Shown in pieces: positions 1 to 27,056 of a stretch of 64,000 nucleotides of DNA. The notes under the pieces were generated by a model, which was not told the origin of the DNA, searched no databases, and saw nothing but the letters and a program-made list of their open reading frames with translations. Source of the stretch: Amoebidium appalachense (taxonomy: Eukaryota > Protista > Ichthyosporea); contig CAVNZM010000013.1 in NCBI GenBank assembly GCA_963693365.1, positions 7,549,482 to 7,613,481 on the forward strand, in the 5' to 3' direction. A program made the translations under genes and the position numbers. Numbering within the stretch: position 1 is the stretch's first letter; the number at the start of each line of letters is the position of its first letter.

Positions 1-195
1 ATTGTATTCGCCTGTCTGTAGCAATCCTCTCTTTGTAGACATTTGCCATATCAAGCGTCTCTTCGACCGGAAAAGGCCGACTTAGCCAAAAATTTATCAA
101 AACTCATCCACAGATACACGCCGCTACGCCACAATTCAATCATCTTAAATTTATTGATTTTTAACAATAATTTTTAACAACCCAATCACCTGCAG

Positions 196-7430
<7,235 letters not shown>

Positions 7431-7630
7431 TTTAACCCGTTATGGTCATTGTAACTTTAATTAATTCACGCCATCGTCGTAGGCAGAGCTGTTGCATTTA
7501 TAAAGAGTTATTGCTGCACGTTAAAGTGTTTTTTTTGAAGGGTAGTGTCTTGTCTCTGTGCTTTTTATTTTTCTCGTTTGCTCCAGGAGGTGAGGAGAAC
7601 TGGCATGCAAGCCTAGGTTTTTTTTTTTTT

Positions 7631-7681
<51 letters not shown>

Positions 7682-8416
7682 GTGCAGTTGTGATAAAGTA
7701 TGCGTGAGAAAACATGTTGCTTGTCCTGTTAGTCTAATGCCAAATGAAGTGACATGTGTGCACACACCTTACGCACTTGCCTGCACAAGCTCGCGCGCAC
7801 ACATACACATACACACACATGGATATACGCACACATGCACACACACTGCAGGGGGTGCTGCCATCTGCCTACACATGACTGCATTCCAAACACTTGCACA
7901 CATGCTTAGTCACACACACACACACACACACATGTACATGGGGCCACACAGAAAAACACAATTTACTGTTAACGAAGAGAAGATTAAGTTATGTTGTGCT
8001 ATACCAGTCGTATTGTTTGGGCTACAATTTACCTTGTCGAGACTTTTCGTTTGGTGGCACCTAATGACCACACATGGCAAATTTCCTGTTGATTGAAAGT
8101 CACGACTGCAAACACCACATTTGCAAAGAGACTGTCGCCTATTTGGCTAATAAAGTCCTACCAGAGTATTAATGTTTATGTTTCTAAATTGGGATGATCC
8201 CCCCCCCCCTCCCCCCTAGGCCTCTCCCTCTCTTGCCCCCTCTTTCCCATGCTTACACTGTTTAAATATGTCTGCACATGAACACAAATAGTATACGCAC
8301 AATTGCAAGCACGCGCGCAATATGTACAAGATGTACATGTGTATATCTCCCCCACTCACCTCAATCCCCGTTATCCCGTCCTCCGAAATTTGCGCCGGGT
8401 GGGTGGGTGGGGGAAA

Positions 8417-8464
<48 letters not shown>

Positions 8465-9502
8465 TTCTTGTGTGTCCACTTCATTTGCACATCGTTTTAT
8501 CCTGCAAAAGTTTATCTTTGTCATTGGAACTGTGCACATGCTTTGTGATTTCCGTTTTGATTGCATTGTATTAAGGTGGGCCTATGCCGTGTTTGACACG
8601 GAATCTGTATGTTACATGAATTCATACAGCTAATCTCAAATTTAGGTGAGACGATCGCTCGATGACCTTGTAATCTATATTCGATAAAATGTACGTGTAG
8701 AGCCTAAAAGAGCCATTTTCTGTGTCGCGTGTGACATTCCGATGAGGTGCTTTTGTGAACAGACCAGAACGTAAGTCCAGCGCAGCAGAACACCGAGACA
8801 ACACAAAGCCTTCCGCTTAGGACTCTGATGATGATGTTTTAAATTTGGAGTGTCTGTACACACGGTTGTGCATTACCTGTTTAGTAGCTTGTTGCACGCA
8901 CATATGCGGACATCCAACTCTGGCTGCCATGTTTTTTTTTTTTTTTTTTGGGTCATACGCGAAGCTCTATGGTCAGAACTCACCCTGGGCGGGGCAAGTG
9001 TTCATCTGTGACTGTCTGATAGACACAAGAGCTTTATAGGGACTGATACTTTAGTTTGTGTGTGTGCTTCTGAACATACTTCATCTCATAACGTTTCAAA
9101 AGCCTTTTTTTTTAACCTTTTTTTTTCAACAGCAACTATCTACCTGTTTGAAGTGGGTAACAGTGAAGACTTTATACATAATGACCTTGATGGTGGTGTT
9201 TATTTCTAATGAGCCTGCTTCACATCTTTATGAACGACACACTCGGCCGTGACCCTCGACTCCTTCTTCTGAGGGAAAAACATCATCTTCTTTCGCTGAG
9301 CCATGATTTCTGGCCTTTTCACACAACACAATAAAAACTCGATCGCTACCTTTCGGCTGTAGCCTATCCAGTCATCTTTTCACCGTTCCTCCAAAAAACA
9401 CAGCACCATCTGTTAATCTCCCGCCCACCACGTAACCCATTGCTTTACAACAAGAATATTTTATTTATCCCCGTGTATAGCATCAATTTTTCTTCCGCAA
9501 AC

Positions 9503-14471
<4,969 letters not shown>

Positions 14472-14607
14472 TTAACTATATATGGTAGTTGCCAAAATGG
14501 GCAAGAATTAGCACCGCTCGCCAAACGGAAGGTGTGCGAGAGAGGAGGGGGATGAGGGAATTGGTAGAACTTGCCGTGAAATCGGTAATGTTGACTTTTT
14601 TTGCCGC

Positions 14608-14647
<40 letters not shown>

Positions 14648-14804
14648 TATGCAGATTGCCTCCATGCTGGGGGCTTCCTAGGGGTTTGTGGAGGAAGCAA
14701 ACACGTGTATGATACTGGAATACGATGGAATACGATGGAATGAGTTTGAATATAATTGAAGATGTACATTTCTTGCTAGATTCAGTTGCTTTTCCTTTCC
14801 CAAA

Positions 14805-14841
<37 letters not shown>

Positions 14842-14967
14842 TCCTCCTCCCCCCCAAGTGAGCCTTCGAATTCTCATTTTCTGGGTTCCTTTTTCGTGTC
14901 CTGTGTCTTTGAGTTTTCTCGTCTGCAGATCTTGTGTGCATGCCGTCCGTGTGCGTTTGGGGCGCTA

Positions 14968-15000
<33 letters not shown>

Positions 15001-15448
15001 AAGAAGTGGAATGTTGCAGGATAGTAAAAGTGGCTGGATGACATTTTTTGCCGGTGATCATGGTATGACAAGTGCTTCGTGGTAGGTTTTATTCGTAAAA
15101 GATAGATTATCATACTGAGTAACACGCGCTTTCAGCGCATGTAGTGGCGAACGGCCCAGAAGGTTCTAGAATACTGCGTAGGACACCTCGATCTTTCTTT
15201 CGCAGCCTGGAAGTATTTCTGGATGTAGTAGTGGTCGTCTACTGCAAGGATGCAGCGGCAGTATGCGCGCTGCCAGCTGAGCACAGTTTCAAACTTTGCT
15301 GGGGGTATGTAGATGTACATGGGGTTTACACACTTTTTATTGCGTGGACACTGCCGGAGGCCCAGCCACATTCGACGGCCCACTGCGTTTTCCAGCGCAG
15401 CCAATCAAATGCAGCCAGTGCCAACCCCACAGGTGTCGGACCAAACCG

Positions 15449-18400
15449 ATGCCTAATTTATCCTTCTTCTTCTGGAATGCTCGGACACTGGGCCCCCAAA
15501 AGAGCCTCCCCCCCCGGGACACTCGATGATAAAATCAGCTACATACAACAACAGACAAACAACCACACGTTTACAGTGATTTGCGAAACACAGTTTAAAA
15601 ACCACCACAAATTCAACTCTACATTGGTCGACACATCCACACACCCCGGTTACGCGAAAAACCGAGGCATTATTGTACTTGCCGCACCACACGTGAGAGT
15701 GAAGTGCAAACCGGTAGCAAAAACGGAATTCTCGGTTTCTATAGAGTTTCTTTCTAATGTTTTTACTTTTGTATATTACCCACCATCTATGTCGGTTGTC
15801 GAATTGACTCACGAGTTGTCACAGTTACCAATGTCCACTGTTATTTTAGGTGATTTTAACACGCGACTCCACCACACAGACACACTGCAAGTGAGTGTCG
15901 GGTACCCATCTAAGCCCCCGGAGCGTGCTATCCCTTTAGCAAGGTATGTCCAAAGTCACACTTTGCGGTTCCCTCAAATATCCCATGCCCACAACACCGA
16001 CTGGGGAGTGGCCTTTTGGCCATCAACCATGTCAAAACTCTCTCTCCCTCCTAACCTCTCTAGGTCATCTGACCACTCTCCTATCCTTTTCCTACCTAAG
16101 ATCTCCCTTGATCTGCTCCCCCCTCCCCCTCCCACCTTTCGCCTCCGTCTATCCCAGCTTAAGTCACAGTGGGGTAGAGTTGATGTATGTGTATGCTATG
16201 CTACGAAACACCCTATATATATGCGCCTATTAGAATCTGCACAAGCCAGGCCAGATTCACATCTCGTACTAGATACATGCACTAACTTTATTGTTGATGA
16301 TTTGATAGATCTCGGTGATTATGCTGGCGGTGGTAGGAAGGAATATCCCGATGCTCTCTTGTTACCAAACACCACTCCCGCTAGACTAGGTGAACCCCTG
16401 TCTCAAAAGGAAAGCTTGCGCCGGCTTGCTAGTATGAATCGATTTGGCCCCCCTGCTCGTATTATTGGTGATACCACTGGAGACCCCCTCATAGACTCTG
16501 ATAAGTATTTCTCGGAACTGTTTAAAGATAGGACCCCCGCTCAGAAACCTATTGTGTGGCCTGTAGACCCATCTATCCCCATAGAATCGATCCTCCCCTT
16601 TTTCAGTCCCGATGCCATATGGTCTGTGATATCTAGTTATAGCTCTAGTAAGTCTTGTGGACCTGATGGACTCCCTGCTGGGTTTCTTAAAATCCTTGTT
16701 CCCTCCTACCCACAAAAGGAAAGTGATCGTGCTATTAAACCTGATCTTACTATCATGTTAAGCTCTCTCTTTTCTTGGTGTGTTAAATGTGGACATGTCC
16801 CGTCATCTTGGTTAGATACCTTAGTGATCCCCATAGTTAAGAAGGACTCTGAGGGCCCCATATCATCCTTTCGCCCCATTACACTAACCCAGGTTGTTCG
16901 TAGATTCTTTGAAGCTTGCTTACTTAGGTTATTTGCACATCACCCTAGGTTTCAATCTATTCTTCACATACACCCATGCCAATCCGCTTTTCGTAAAAAC
17001 AATTCATGTTATGTTCAAATAATGGCACTGCACGATTCTATGCAAGTTGGTGCACAATATGTTGGCTTTATTGATTGGAAAACTGCTTACGATTCTGTCT
17101 CCCCTGGTCTCCTATGGGAAAAGCTTGCTGCACGGGGTGTACCACACTGCATTGGTGTTCTGTTAGAAGCACTCTTGTCTCAAACCTATGGTAGAGCTGT
17201 GGTTAATGGGCATCTTTCATATGGTTTTGCTCGTACTAGAGGTCTCTTGCAGGGTTCATTGCTTAGCCCCTTTTTGTTTAACCTATTTATAGATGATTTG
17301 GCTGTCAAGATTTACGCCGAAAACGATGACCCTATTAATAACTTTCCGCCTGCACTTCTCTATGCTGATGATCTGTCCCTCCTTGCCCGTACCCCTAGAC
17401 GCCTGCAAAGATTGTTCGATGTAGTGTCAGAGTGGTGCAAGGCAAACCTTATGATCCTTAACATAGACAAATGTGGTGTTCTTGTACCTGATATAGCTAA
17501 CAATTTACACACATTTACATTATCATCTAAACCTGTACCTATAGTTCCAGAATACAAATATCTTGGTGTTCCGGTTGATTCTGGTGGTGTTATGTTTCCC
17601 CATATGGTCGAAAAGAGGGTAGAGTTGGCTCGTAAGCGGTTAGCTTTCTTCTCGGCTAATATTTTTAAAGACACACCCCTCCATCCTTCTATTAGACTTA
17701 CATTTATTCGCACTTTTGTCTTCCCGGCATGTGAATATGGTTTACCCCTTCTCGCCGCTTGGATCAAGAAAGAGAGAACTAGAGCGCTTAAACCCTTGGC
17801 AAATTTCCTTGAAGCAGAAGTTGCCTCCTTTCTATCTAACAACTGTTGTAAACCTGGGCCTGTAACGCTCTCGATATATGGTCTGGTCCCAATAGCTGCT
17901 AGAGTATCCTATCTCGCGCTGAAATTCAATAAGCACATAAGCCGCTTAAAGAAGTATTTGCCCTCCCACCCTCTCTTCTCTATCCGACCTGTCCCCTCCT
18001 CACCTCTCCCCTCTTTCCTCCCCTCTCTCTCCCCTTCTCCCCTGGGCACAAATACAAATAAACCCCGCAATAGTGTGTGTGTGACTTTGGACTGCCACTT
18101 ACTTATTAAACATGTACACAATCACAAGATAATCACGCAATATAACAAATGGAAAAAGATACCACACGACACTAGACCCGATGAAAGCATACACCTTGAA
18201 AAACTAAGCCTTATGTCTCGTTTTATATATACTGACCGCCTCAACCATATTGCCAAATATGGCACTCGCAAGTGTATAACACCTAAATACATATTACCTT
18301 CCTGTAGAACTGGTCTTTCTCTAGCTGATGGTATTATTGATCAATTACCACGCTTTTACTGTACACGTGCTATACAGTGGAGATCTAATAAGTATAAGGT

Positions 18401-18644
18401 GGCATCATTTGCATGCCCAAACAACACACACACACACCAGTTTAACCGGTCATGTATCGCCAAATGTAGTTTGATAGACCACATAATACCGCAACACACA
18501 CACATCACATTCACAACAGACACCCAGAAAGATAGCCTACCTGTAAATTACAACATCCTTGATTTTATACTAAACACGCGTAACTACGACCTGTTTATTA
18601 GATGTATTGATTGGCTTGAGAAACACATCACTACAAAATTATAG
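15449..18644 (+). CDS. APE-RT polyprotein with one +1 frameshift in the C8 run at 15508-15515
   Basis: MPNLSFFFWNARTLGPQKSLP joins the long open frame (PGTLDDKISYIQ...) if one C is removed. Confidence 0.85.
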
Positions 18645-18665
18645 CGCACGCGCACACACACACAC

Positions 18666-18720
<55 letters not shown>
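15449..18720 (+). mobile_element. Non-LTR retrotransposon with APE endonuclease + reverse transcriptase ORF and 3' (CA)n tract
   Basis: APE motifs WNAR (from ATG 15449, other frame), ICET, ILGDFN, SDHSPI. RT motifs GPDGLP, FRPITL, QSAFR, FIDWKTAYDSV, GLLQGSLLSPFLFNLFIDDL, YADD, YKYLG. Stop at 18642-18644 followed directly by (CA)n. No LTR, RNase H or integrase motif seen. Confidence 0.92.
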
Positions 18721-18752
18721 CCAGCTGATACCGAGTGTCCCGAGGGGAGCCC

Positions 18753-18797
<45 letters not shown>

Positions 18798-20144
18798 GGG
18801 GAACCCCAACTAATTGATTTCTCCTTGTAGTCTTTATGGTGTCTCGTAGAGAAAGTAAACCCTGATATATAGTCACCACCCGACATCTATGTACGTGATC
18901 ATGATATACCGCTGAGGGGATATTCCGAGCAACCCCCCCCCCCCCATACCTGAGACTGGTTCTCTTTGCCTCGAGTAAACAGCGTAAACCCCCCTGGCAT
19001 ATGTACATGCTAGGCAACAATGACACCCCTTTTACATATATTATGGTGATCTTTCAATGCCGGGGCATTCCAAAGCCATAATCCGCACGGCCGAAGGACA
19101 CATGCCTTCCAGGCGCATGTAGGGGCTGATCTAGAAAGGAATGTCATGTATTGCTTTTGCACGGACATCCTCCGTCTGGATTCTCTGGAAGCCGGCCAGT
19201 GCGTGGGCCAGCGAACGAATCAATCTCATAGTCGTAGCTAGCTGCAGCATACGATAGCCAAATTCCGCACAGCACTAAATGTCAGCTGCAGGCCCCCAGA
19301 GATTACCTTCAAAAATGGATGACGCCAAAAGGGTGGGATTAAGCTGTTGTTATGCAGTTCTGCTGTTTTTTTTTTCGGCATATGCATACTCCACCAGTGC
19401 GAGAATAGGCATATTTTGTTCTGTAAACAGCTCGCTGCTGAACGGTTCACAGTTCACTTACAGCTTCGCGGCGGCGAGTCAATCACGCGTCGGATCGGAA
19501 GCGCGAGCCTCTTTAGTGGATTTCCTATTGGATAATGCAATTCTTCCATCATTCCGTGAGAGCAAATCAAATTGAATCAACCAATCGTCGTAGAGCGCCA
19601 AGTGATAGCTGATCATCAATAACTAACTGCTCCTGCGCATTTCCGATTCCGTGGCTACTGTTGCGATGCCATATAACAGCATCTTGCGGTGGCAATCAAA
19701 GGACCTCCCAAATTTTCCAAGCTAAATAAATAAAAAAATATAATAAAATGTTAGCCTTCCCCCGAGCTGTCATCAATCGACGAGCAACTAAACTTTCCTA
19801 AGCTTGCGATGACCCCACCCCCCCTCCTCCCCCCCCCCCCCCCCCCCCTGCACCCCCGCATGCACCATCAACACCACTACTACGCATCCCACCCCCCTGT
19901 TCCGCTCCTTCGAATTCTCCCCTCCCCCCCCCCCCCCCCCCCTCCCCCCGCCCCCTCTTCCCCCCCTCACTTCCTTCCTTCCCCCCCTCACTCCCTCCCT
20001 CCCCCAAATCGATCACGGTGAAGAGAAAAAAAATATATTTGTCATATTGCATTCAATTTGCGCGTCTGTACTGGCACTGCCAAGGTCGTTTCAATATTTA
20101 CAATGATAGCACATGCTTTGACTACATATGGGGGCGCGGCACCC

Positions 20145-20182
20145 TGTGGATGTGACGTCACAGGTGTGACGTCACATCCACA
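20145..20182. promoter_or_regulatory. Perfect 18-bp inverted repeat carrying two CRE palindromes (TGACGTCA)
   Basis: TGTGGATGTGACGTCACA-GG-TGTGACGTCACATCCACA; function inferred only. Confidence 0.45.
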
Positions 20183-20297
20183 CGGTCCCGAAACCCCCAA
20201 AGATATGGGATATGTGGATATGAGATATGTGATATCTGTGTACACATAGGTTACCCACTCTCCTTTTCTCTTGGTTGCATTACACCAACCATTAGTA

Positions 20298-21096
20298 TTA
20301 CGTCAGCGCCGGTACTGACGTGGGACACTGCACAGTCGTTGCAGCCAATCCATCAGAGGCAAAATCCTGCGTCCAATACGATGCACCGCTCTTGCTATAT
20401 GCGATTCCCGCCCCAAAATGCACATACGTTGTGCTCAGAATATTTGCCCTGTGGCCAGGCGAATTCATCCACCCTTTCATCACCTCGTCGACAGTGCGAT
20501 ACCCCATAGCTATGTTTTCACCCGCCGCCCTCCATGTGTACTTCTGTGCGGTGATTCTCTGATCAAAGGTGCGCCCGTTGCGGCTATTGTGGCTGAGGAA
20601 GTTATAGGTGGCCATTTCGGTGGTGTGTAGTTGTGCTGCTTTTGCAAGTTTCCTGCATGTTTGTAAGTGACGTTTGGTTAGCAGTGAGGCATTTTCATTA
20701 GTCAGTGATTGTGTTTCGGCTACAAGTTGTTTGCATGTGCATACGATAGTTGTGAGCAGGCGCTGGTGTGTGTGTGTTGGCGTACGCGAGCGCGCGCGCC
20801 TTGTGTGTCCGCACAAATGTGTCACCATGCACACGTGTGGTGTAACGGTTTGTGCCTCTGCCTGGAGTGTAATGGTGTGTTTAGTTGCAGGCATGTTGGT
20901 ATACGCACTGACATGTGCGAGTGCCTATGCAGTTGTTTCCGCATGCATATCTGTTTATCAAGCCTGGAAGTGAGCACTAGAGGGCGGTACAGTGTGTTTG
21001 CACGTTTTCTTTTGTGTCTGTGTGCCTTGCGTGCGTGAGTGTGTGCATGCGTGTGTGTATGTGCTTTTCTTGTGTGCGTCTGTGTCTGTGTGTGTG

Positions 21097-21136
<40 letters not shown>

Positions 21137-21642
21137 GGTGGGTGGGTGGGTGTGCGCGCGCGCGCGTCTAACGACATTAAACCTTACTGCCTGAGGCTGT
21201 TGGTCAAATAATACTGCTTACTTATGCACAACACAAACGGGTAAAAAGGCCGTGCACACAGATGTATCTGTCTGAGTCGGGGGAGAAAGAGGGGAATGGG
21301 GTATAGGGAATGTGTGTGTGCGTGTGCGTGTGCATGCGGGTGTGTGTGTGCGTGTGTGTTTGGGGGGAGGGGGAGAGGGGTTACTTACGCATTCCAAGCA
21401 AGGGGTTTCAGACCCCGCAATTTCCTCTCGCTGTTAACCTTACACAGGAGAGACCTCATTGTTGCTTGCCATGTGGCCGTGCTGATTGCAGCAATCTGCA
21501 GTGCAGAGGCAATGTTCATGCTGGGTGCAGGTGGTGCGGTGCTGATGCCCTCACTCCCTGCGGGCCACGGTTGCAAATAAGTGTCTTGCTGTATGGTTTG
21601 AGGAAAGAAACCTGCAACAAGCTGCAACAAGCTGCCGAGCAT
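20298..21642 (-). CDS. CAP/SCP (PR-1-like) domain protein
   Basis: Exons 21642-21389 (start uncertain; alternative ATG at 21519) and 20652-20298. Motifs VNSERKLRGLKPLAWN-AKLAKAAQLH..M...NFLSH, AGENIAMG, WMNSPGHRANIL, YWTQDF. Confidence 0.88.
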
Positions 21643-21716
21643 AAAGTTTTCAACGAGTGAGGACAACTTGTTAAATCACAAATTACCACTTGATTGGGCG
21701 GGTGGTGGTGTGCTGG

Positions 21717-22577
<861 letters not shown>

Positions 22578-23065
22578 TTTCGTGTGGGAGCTGTGGGGCA
22601 GATAATTGTTGCTCAAATTGTTGCTATGAGCTTTGCAGGGACGCTGACAGGGGGAAGTTTGTGTTGGTTCGTGCAGAGCTCGTGCTGCATGTAAACTTGA
22701 AACACGCGGGCCAGTTGTCCAAATCGAAAGTAAAGCAGTGACAGAAATACTGTTTAAAGCATTGCTTTTGAGGCTGGACTGGTAACAGGCTTCAACTTGG
22801 GCTGTTTGGGCAAGATGACTTTGCCAACCGACGCGATGACAGCATGATCTGGTATGCACTTGTCACAAAAACAAGACGATGATTGGCTGGCCGGTCAAGG
22901 CAAATTTTTTGAGACGAGTTCGCGGACATGCATATGATGACTCGGGCAAATGCATAGGCCAGTATCTTTATTGTAATCAAGGGAAAATTTTGTCTGTTTA
23001 TATCATTCGCGTACCCATAATCTTCCAAACGTTTCAATACACTGTAAGCCGAACACATCTTGTTG

Positions 23066-23106
<41 letters not shown>

Positions 23107-23539
23107 TTCAGTTTTATCAGGCCCACGCTGAACACTCCGCATTCCATTGATAAAACTGGCGTCCGCCGTCCAATCCATCCGGTGGCAGCGATTGCACCAG
23201 ATCTCGAGGCTCCGAAGTCCGAAGTTGAACTGTTGCAACAGACACTTAACGCCATGAGTTCCAAAGTATCCCATGTTACTACCTAATATTAAGTGACAGC
23301 AAAGTTTGACGGGAAATAAGAGGTTGCTCCTTGTACCCACAGACGTTGTAAATGGGTGGCCTACTAGTAGTCGTAGTCTCGTTATGCCGCTCGATGACGT
23401 CATCACATATGGAATGCATATTGGAATTCGTCGTTAGCTGCTTTTCTTTTTCTTATTTACATCTGATTTCACGTCAGTATACACTGTACAGGCCTGCCTG
23501 CCACCTGGCCATCGGTCAGCAGCCCGACCTCCCCCCGGG

Positions 23540-23587
<48 letters not shown>

Positions 23588-23842
23588 AGAGAGAGAGAGA
23601 GAGTGGGGATGGTTGAGCGGGCGGGCCGAGGGGGGGGGGGGGAAGGGGAGGGGGGGGGGAGAGAGGGGGGGGGGGGGGGGGGGGGGGGGGTATCGAGAGC
23701 AAGATCTTGGATTCCGGGAGACTGGGAGATCTATAATTAGAGGGGTGACCGTGCAGAGCAGGCCTAGGGCCGAGAGACAGGAGATATTTACAGGTGCACA
23801 TATCACACATGTGCACATCCACAGACACGCACGTGCAGAGAG

Positions 23843-23964
<122 letters not shown>

Positions 23965-24188
23965 GAGAGAGAGAGAGAGAGAGAGAGATACGGAGGGGGG
24001 GGGAGGGGGGGAGCGAAGAGGGAAGGGGGAGAGAGAGTCTCATCAGAAAGAGACTCGGGAAAGAGAGAGGGGGGGAGGGGGGGGGGGAAAGAGAGAGAGA
24101 TCTGAGAGAGAGAGATGGGGGGGGGGGGGGGGAGGGGGAGGGGGGAAAGGGGGAGAGAAAGAGGAGTGCATTGTCAAGGCCCGGGGGC

Positions 24189-24219
<31 letters not shown>

Positions 24220-25649
24220 AGAAAGAGCCTCGAGCCAGAAAGAGAAGGAGGGGGAGAGAGCTTATTTAAGCCAAAAACCCTTCTCACGTATCAGTCACGT
24301 AGTGCTACTGCGATATCTATGTAGTAGGGAGCCCACCAGTGGATTAAAATTATTAGAATTGGGTTTCAACCCCTCTCCCGGTGTCATTACATTTATGCCA
24401 GTAGCAAAATATTGTTCCGAATCAGGTTATAAGTAAAAAGAATTCATCAATTTGTAGGAGGAAAACCACACTATCGGGCCTTTGTAAGGCCATATTCGAT
24501 AGTTTTTGAAGCGGTTTGGCCTTGCCGAGTCCTTTCAAGAAAACAGATTTTGATCCGAGATGAATAGCGGGTTTAGTGAATGAGTTTGTGTATCATGGGA
24601 TCCGCCTTTCTTGTCTTAGTAACTGTTCCATTCACCAACGAAGCTTTTACCAGAGAAATGCCTAAGTGGTCGTATACGTTTTGGCATTTGTTTTTCAGTT
24701 TGCGTGTTAAGTACTCCCCCCCCCCCCCCCCCAACCCCAACCCCCCTTCCCCCCCCTCCGTTTACCCCCCTACCCCCCTACCCCCCCCTCCCCCCCCCCC
24801 CCCCCACACACGCTTTGAAGCACAAATCACACGCCGTCGGTACTGGTGACCCTGGTGGTACCTCGGGCCTAGCTAAGACTCTGCTTATGTTGCATCATCA
24901 TGCCTCAATGACTTTATGTTGTCGTTTTTGCATGTCTCCATTGATATTTCATGTACTTGACTATCCCCAATTGAAGGATTGAATCCTCGCTGCACAGCCT
25001 GGGTGCACGCCATTTTTTTAACAACCCCCCCCCCCCCCCCCCCCCCCATCCCCTTAGCCCTCCCGGCCCGGGGTAGCGTTGTCATAATAATGTGTAGGTA
25101 CCCAAAGTAACACCTGGTGTACTGGTCCTCTCCTCTTCCCTTCCCCCCCCCTCCCCCTCCCCCTCCTACCCCCTCTTCCCCACCCTCTCCATCTCGGAGT
25201 CCCCCCTTTTTTCCTTCCGGTTTGCCCAAAAAAAAAAGGGGGGGGGGGGGGGGGGAGGGGAGGGGGGGGGGGAGGGGAGGAGGAGAGAGAGGGGGGGGGG
25301 GGGGGGGGGGGGGGATTTGGACTCTGGTGTCCCGTTCGACTAGAATAATAAGACTGGTAGGTCACAGCGTGTCGTGGTTGAGAATGGCATCATGGGCCAG
25401 GAAGAGCCTGGCTCGAAGAAATGCAAGCTGACTTGATCAGATGTTGTCTAGTGTGTAAGGCCTTGACAACGTGTGTGTTCACGGTGCTTGTGTTGTGTGT
25501 GTTGTGTGTGTGTATCCTGTGTGTTTATGTTATACGACAGGATATATGTTCCTTCTCTGCTGTTATGGCATCGTCACTTCAATTTCAGCCAAGTCGCCCG
25601 TTAGGATACATGTACGCCATAACGGTGTGTGTTTGTGTGTGTGTACTGT

Positions 25650-25686
<37 letters not shown>

Positions 25687-25749
25687 GTGTTTTCTTTCTT
25701 TCTTTCAATCTTTCTTTCAATCTTTCTTTCTTTCTTTTTTTTTTTTTTT

Positions 25750-25795
<46 letters not shown>

Positions 25796-26208
25796 CTGGA
25801 GAGAGAGAGCCGGAGAGCGAGAGCTGAGAGACGAACCAGAAGTCTCATTCAAAGGCATCTAGGGCATTAAAACCTACTAGCTTCATGGTCGAAGTTCCGT
25901 TCGACAGTCGGGTGGGGGCGGAGGGGGGGGGGGGGGGGGGGGGGGGGGAGGGAGTACGCACGGTCTGCATGTGGAGGGTGGGAAAGAATTTAGAGGCGAG
26001 TGCAAACTTTAAAAAAATTTGAGAGGACACAGCTAGCATTTGAAGTGCAAAGGCAAAACAAAAAACAAAAACAAAAATAAGAACAAAAACACTGAAATAA
26101 CTTTAAAAAATACATTGTGTCATCAAGGTGAACTTCAACCAGAGACCAGTCCTGGGAAGGTGACCCGGAACCGTAAAAAATGGCCTCCGTGTCACGGTGT
26201 GTGTGTGT

Positions 26209-26294
<86 letters not shown>

Positions 26295-26399
26295 ATGTGT
26301 GCGTGTGTCACAGTGCGTGATGTGTCACGGTGGCAGGGACCATAGAGGGGAGGGGAGGGGTGGAGTTTGAAGGGTGGTTGGTTCGTTGGTTGGGTTGGG

Positions 26400-26451
<52 letters not shown>

Positions 26452-27056
26452 GGGGGAGGGAGGAGGGGGAGGGGGATGTTTTCGGACACTTTTCGACACA
26501 TAGCTGTTCGGCAATATTTTGCGGCAGGTAGCTGATCAACCCAAATGCCCAACCGTTACTGAACTGAACTCAAGGAGTTTCTTTTATTACTGAGACTACT
26601 CTCAGACTGGATACAACCATGTTGTGGGTGCTATGTTAAACACACACACGAATAATGTTCAAGTAATATGTACATTTGGAGGTTCTTCAAGTCTTTCAGT
26701 GACTGCATGAATCCAAAGAAAGAAAGAATTAAAGTTGCAGCCCTGCTTACATATGTGCATGATGATACGTCTTTTGTGAAAGCCGCTGAAAGTTTTTGAG
26801 TTGAAAAGTGAACTCAGATCAATACAACGGCTACTGTACGCGCTCTCTTTCTCCCGACAATGTTTGTTTCCAAAAGAGAGAAAAAGGTTTTACATATTCC
26901 ACTAATGACTACTCACTCCGCACCCCACTACAGTAACTTACAAATTTCACTTGCAACACCAGGCCGGAGTCCAGTCAAATTGCATGCCTTTCCTTCTTTT
27001 CTGTGCATGTCTGCTAATATGAACAGGTGCGTGTGCCTTAATAACGCCCCCCTCTC

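Noticed and set aside
15144-15448. N-terminal ~100 aa of the 1166-aa track ORF
   Set aside because: It starts at GTG, and the APE WNAR motif lies in another frame from ATG 15449; this stretch is likely flanking sequence.
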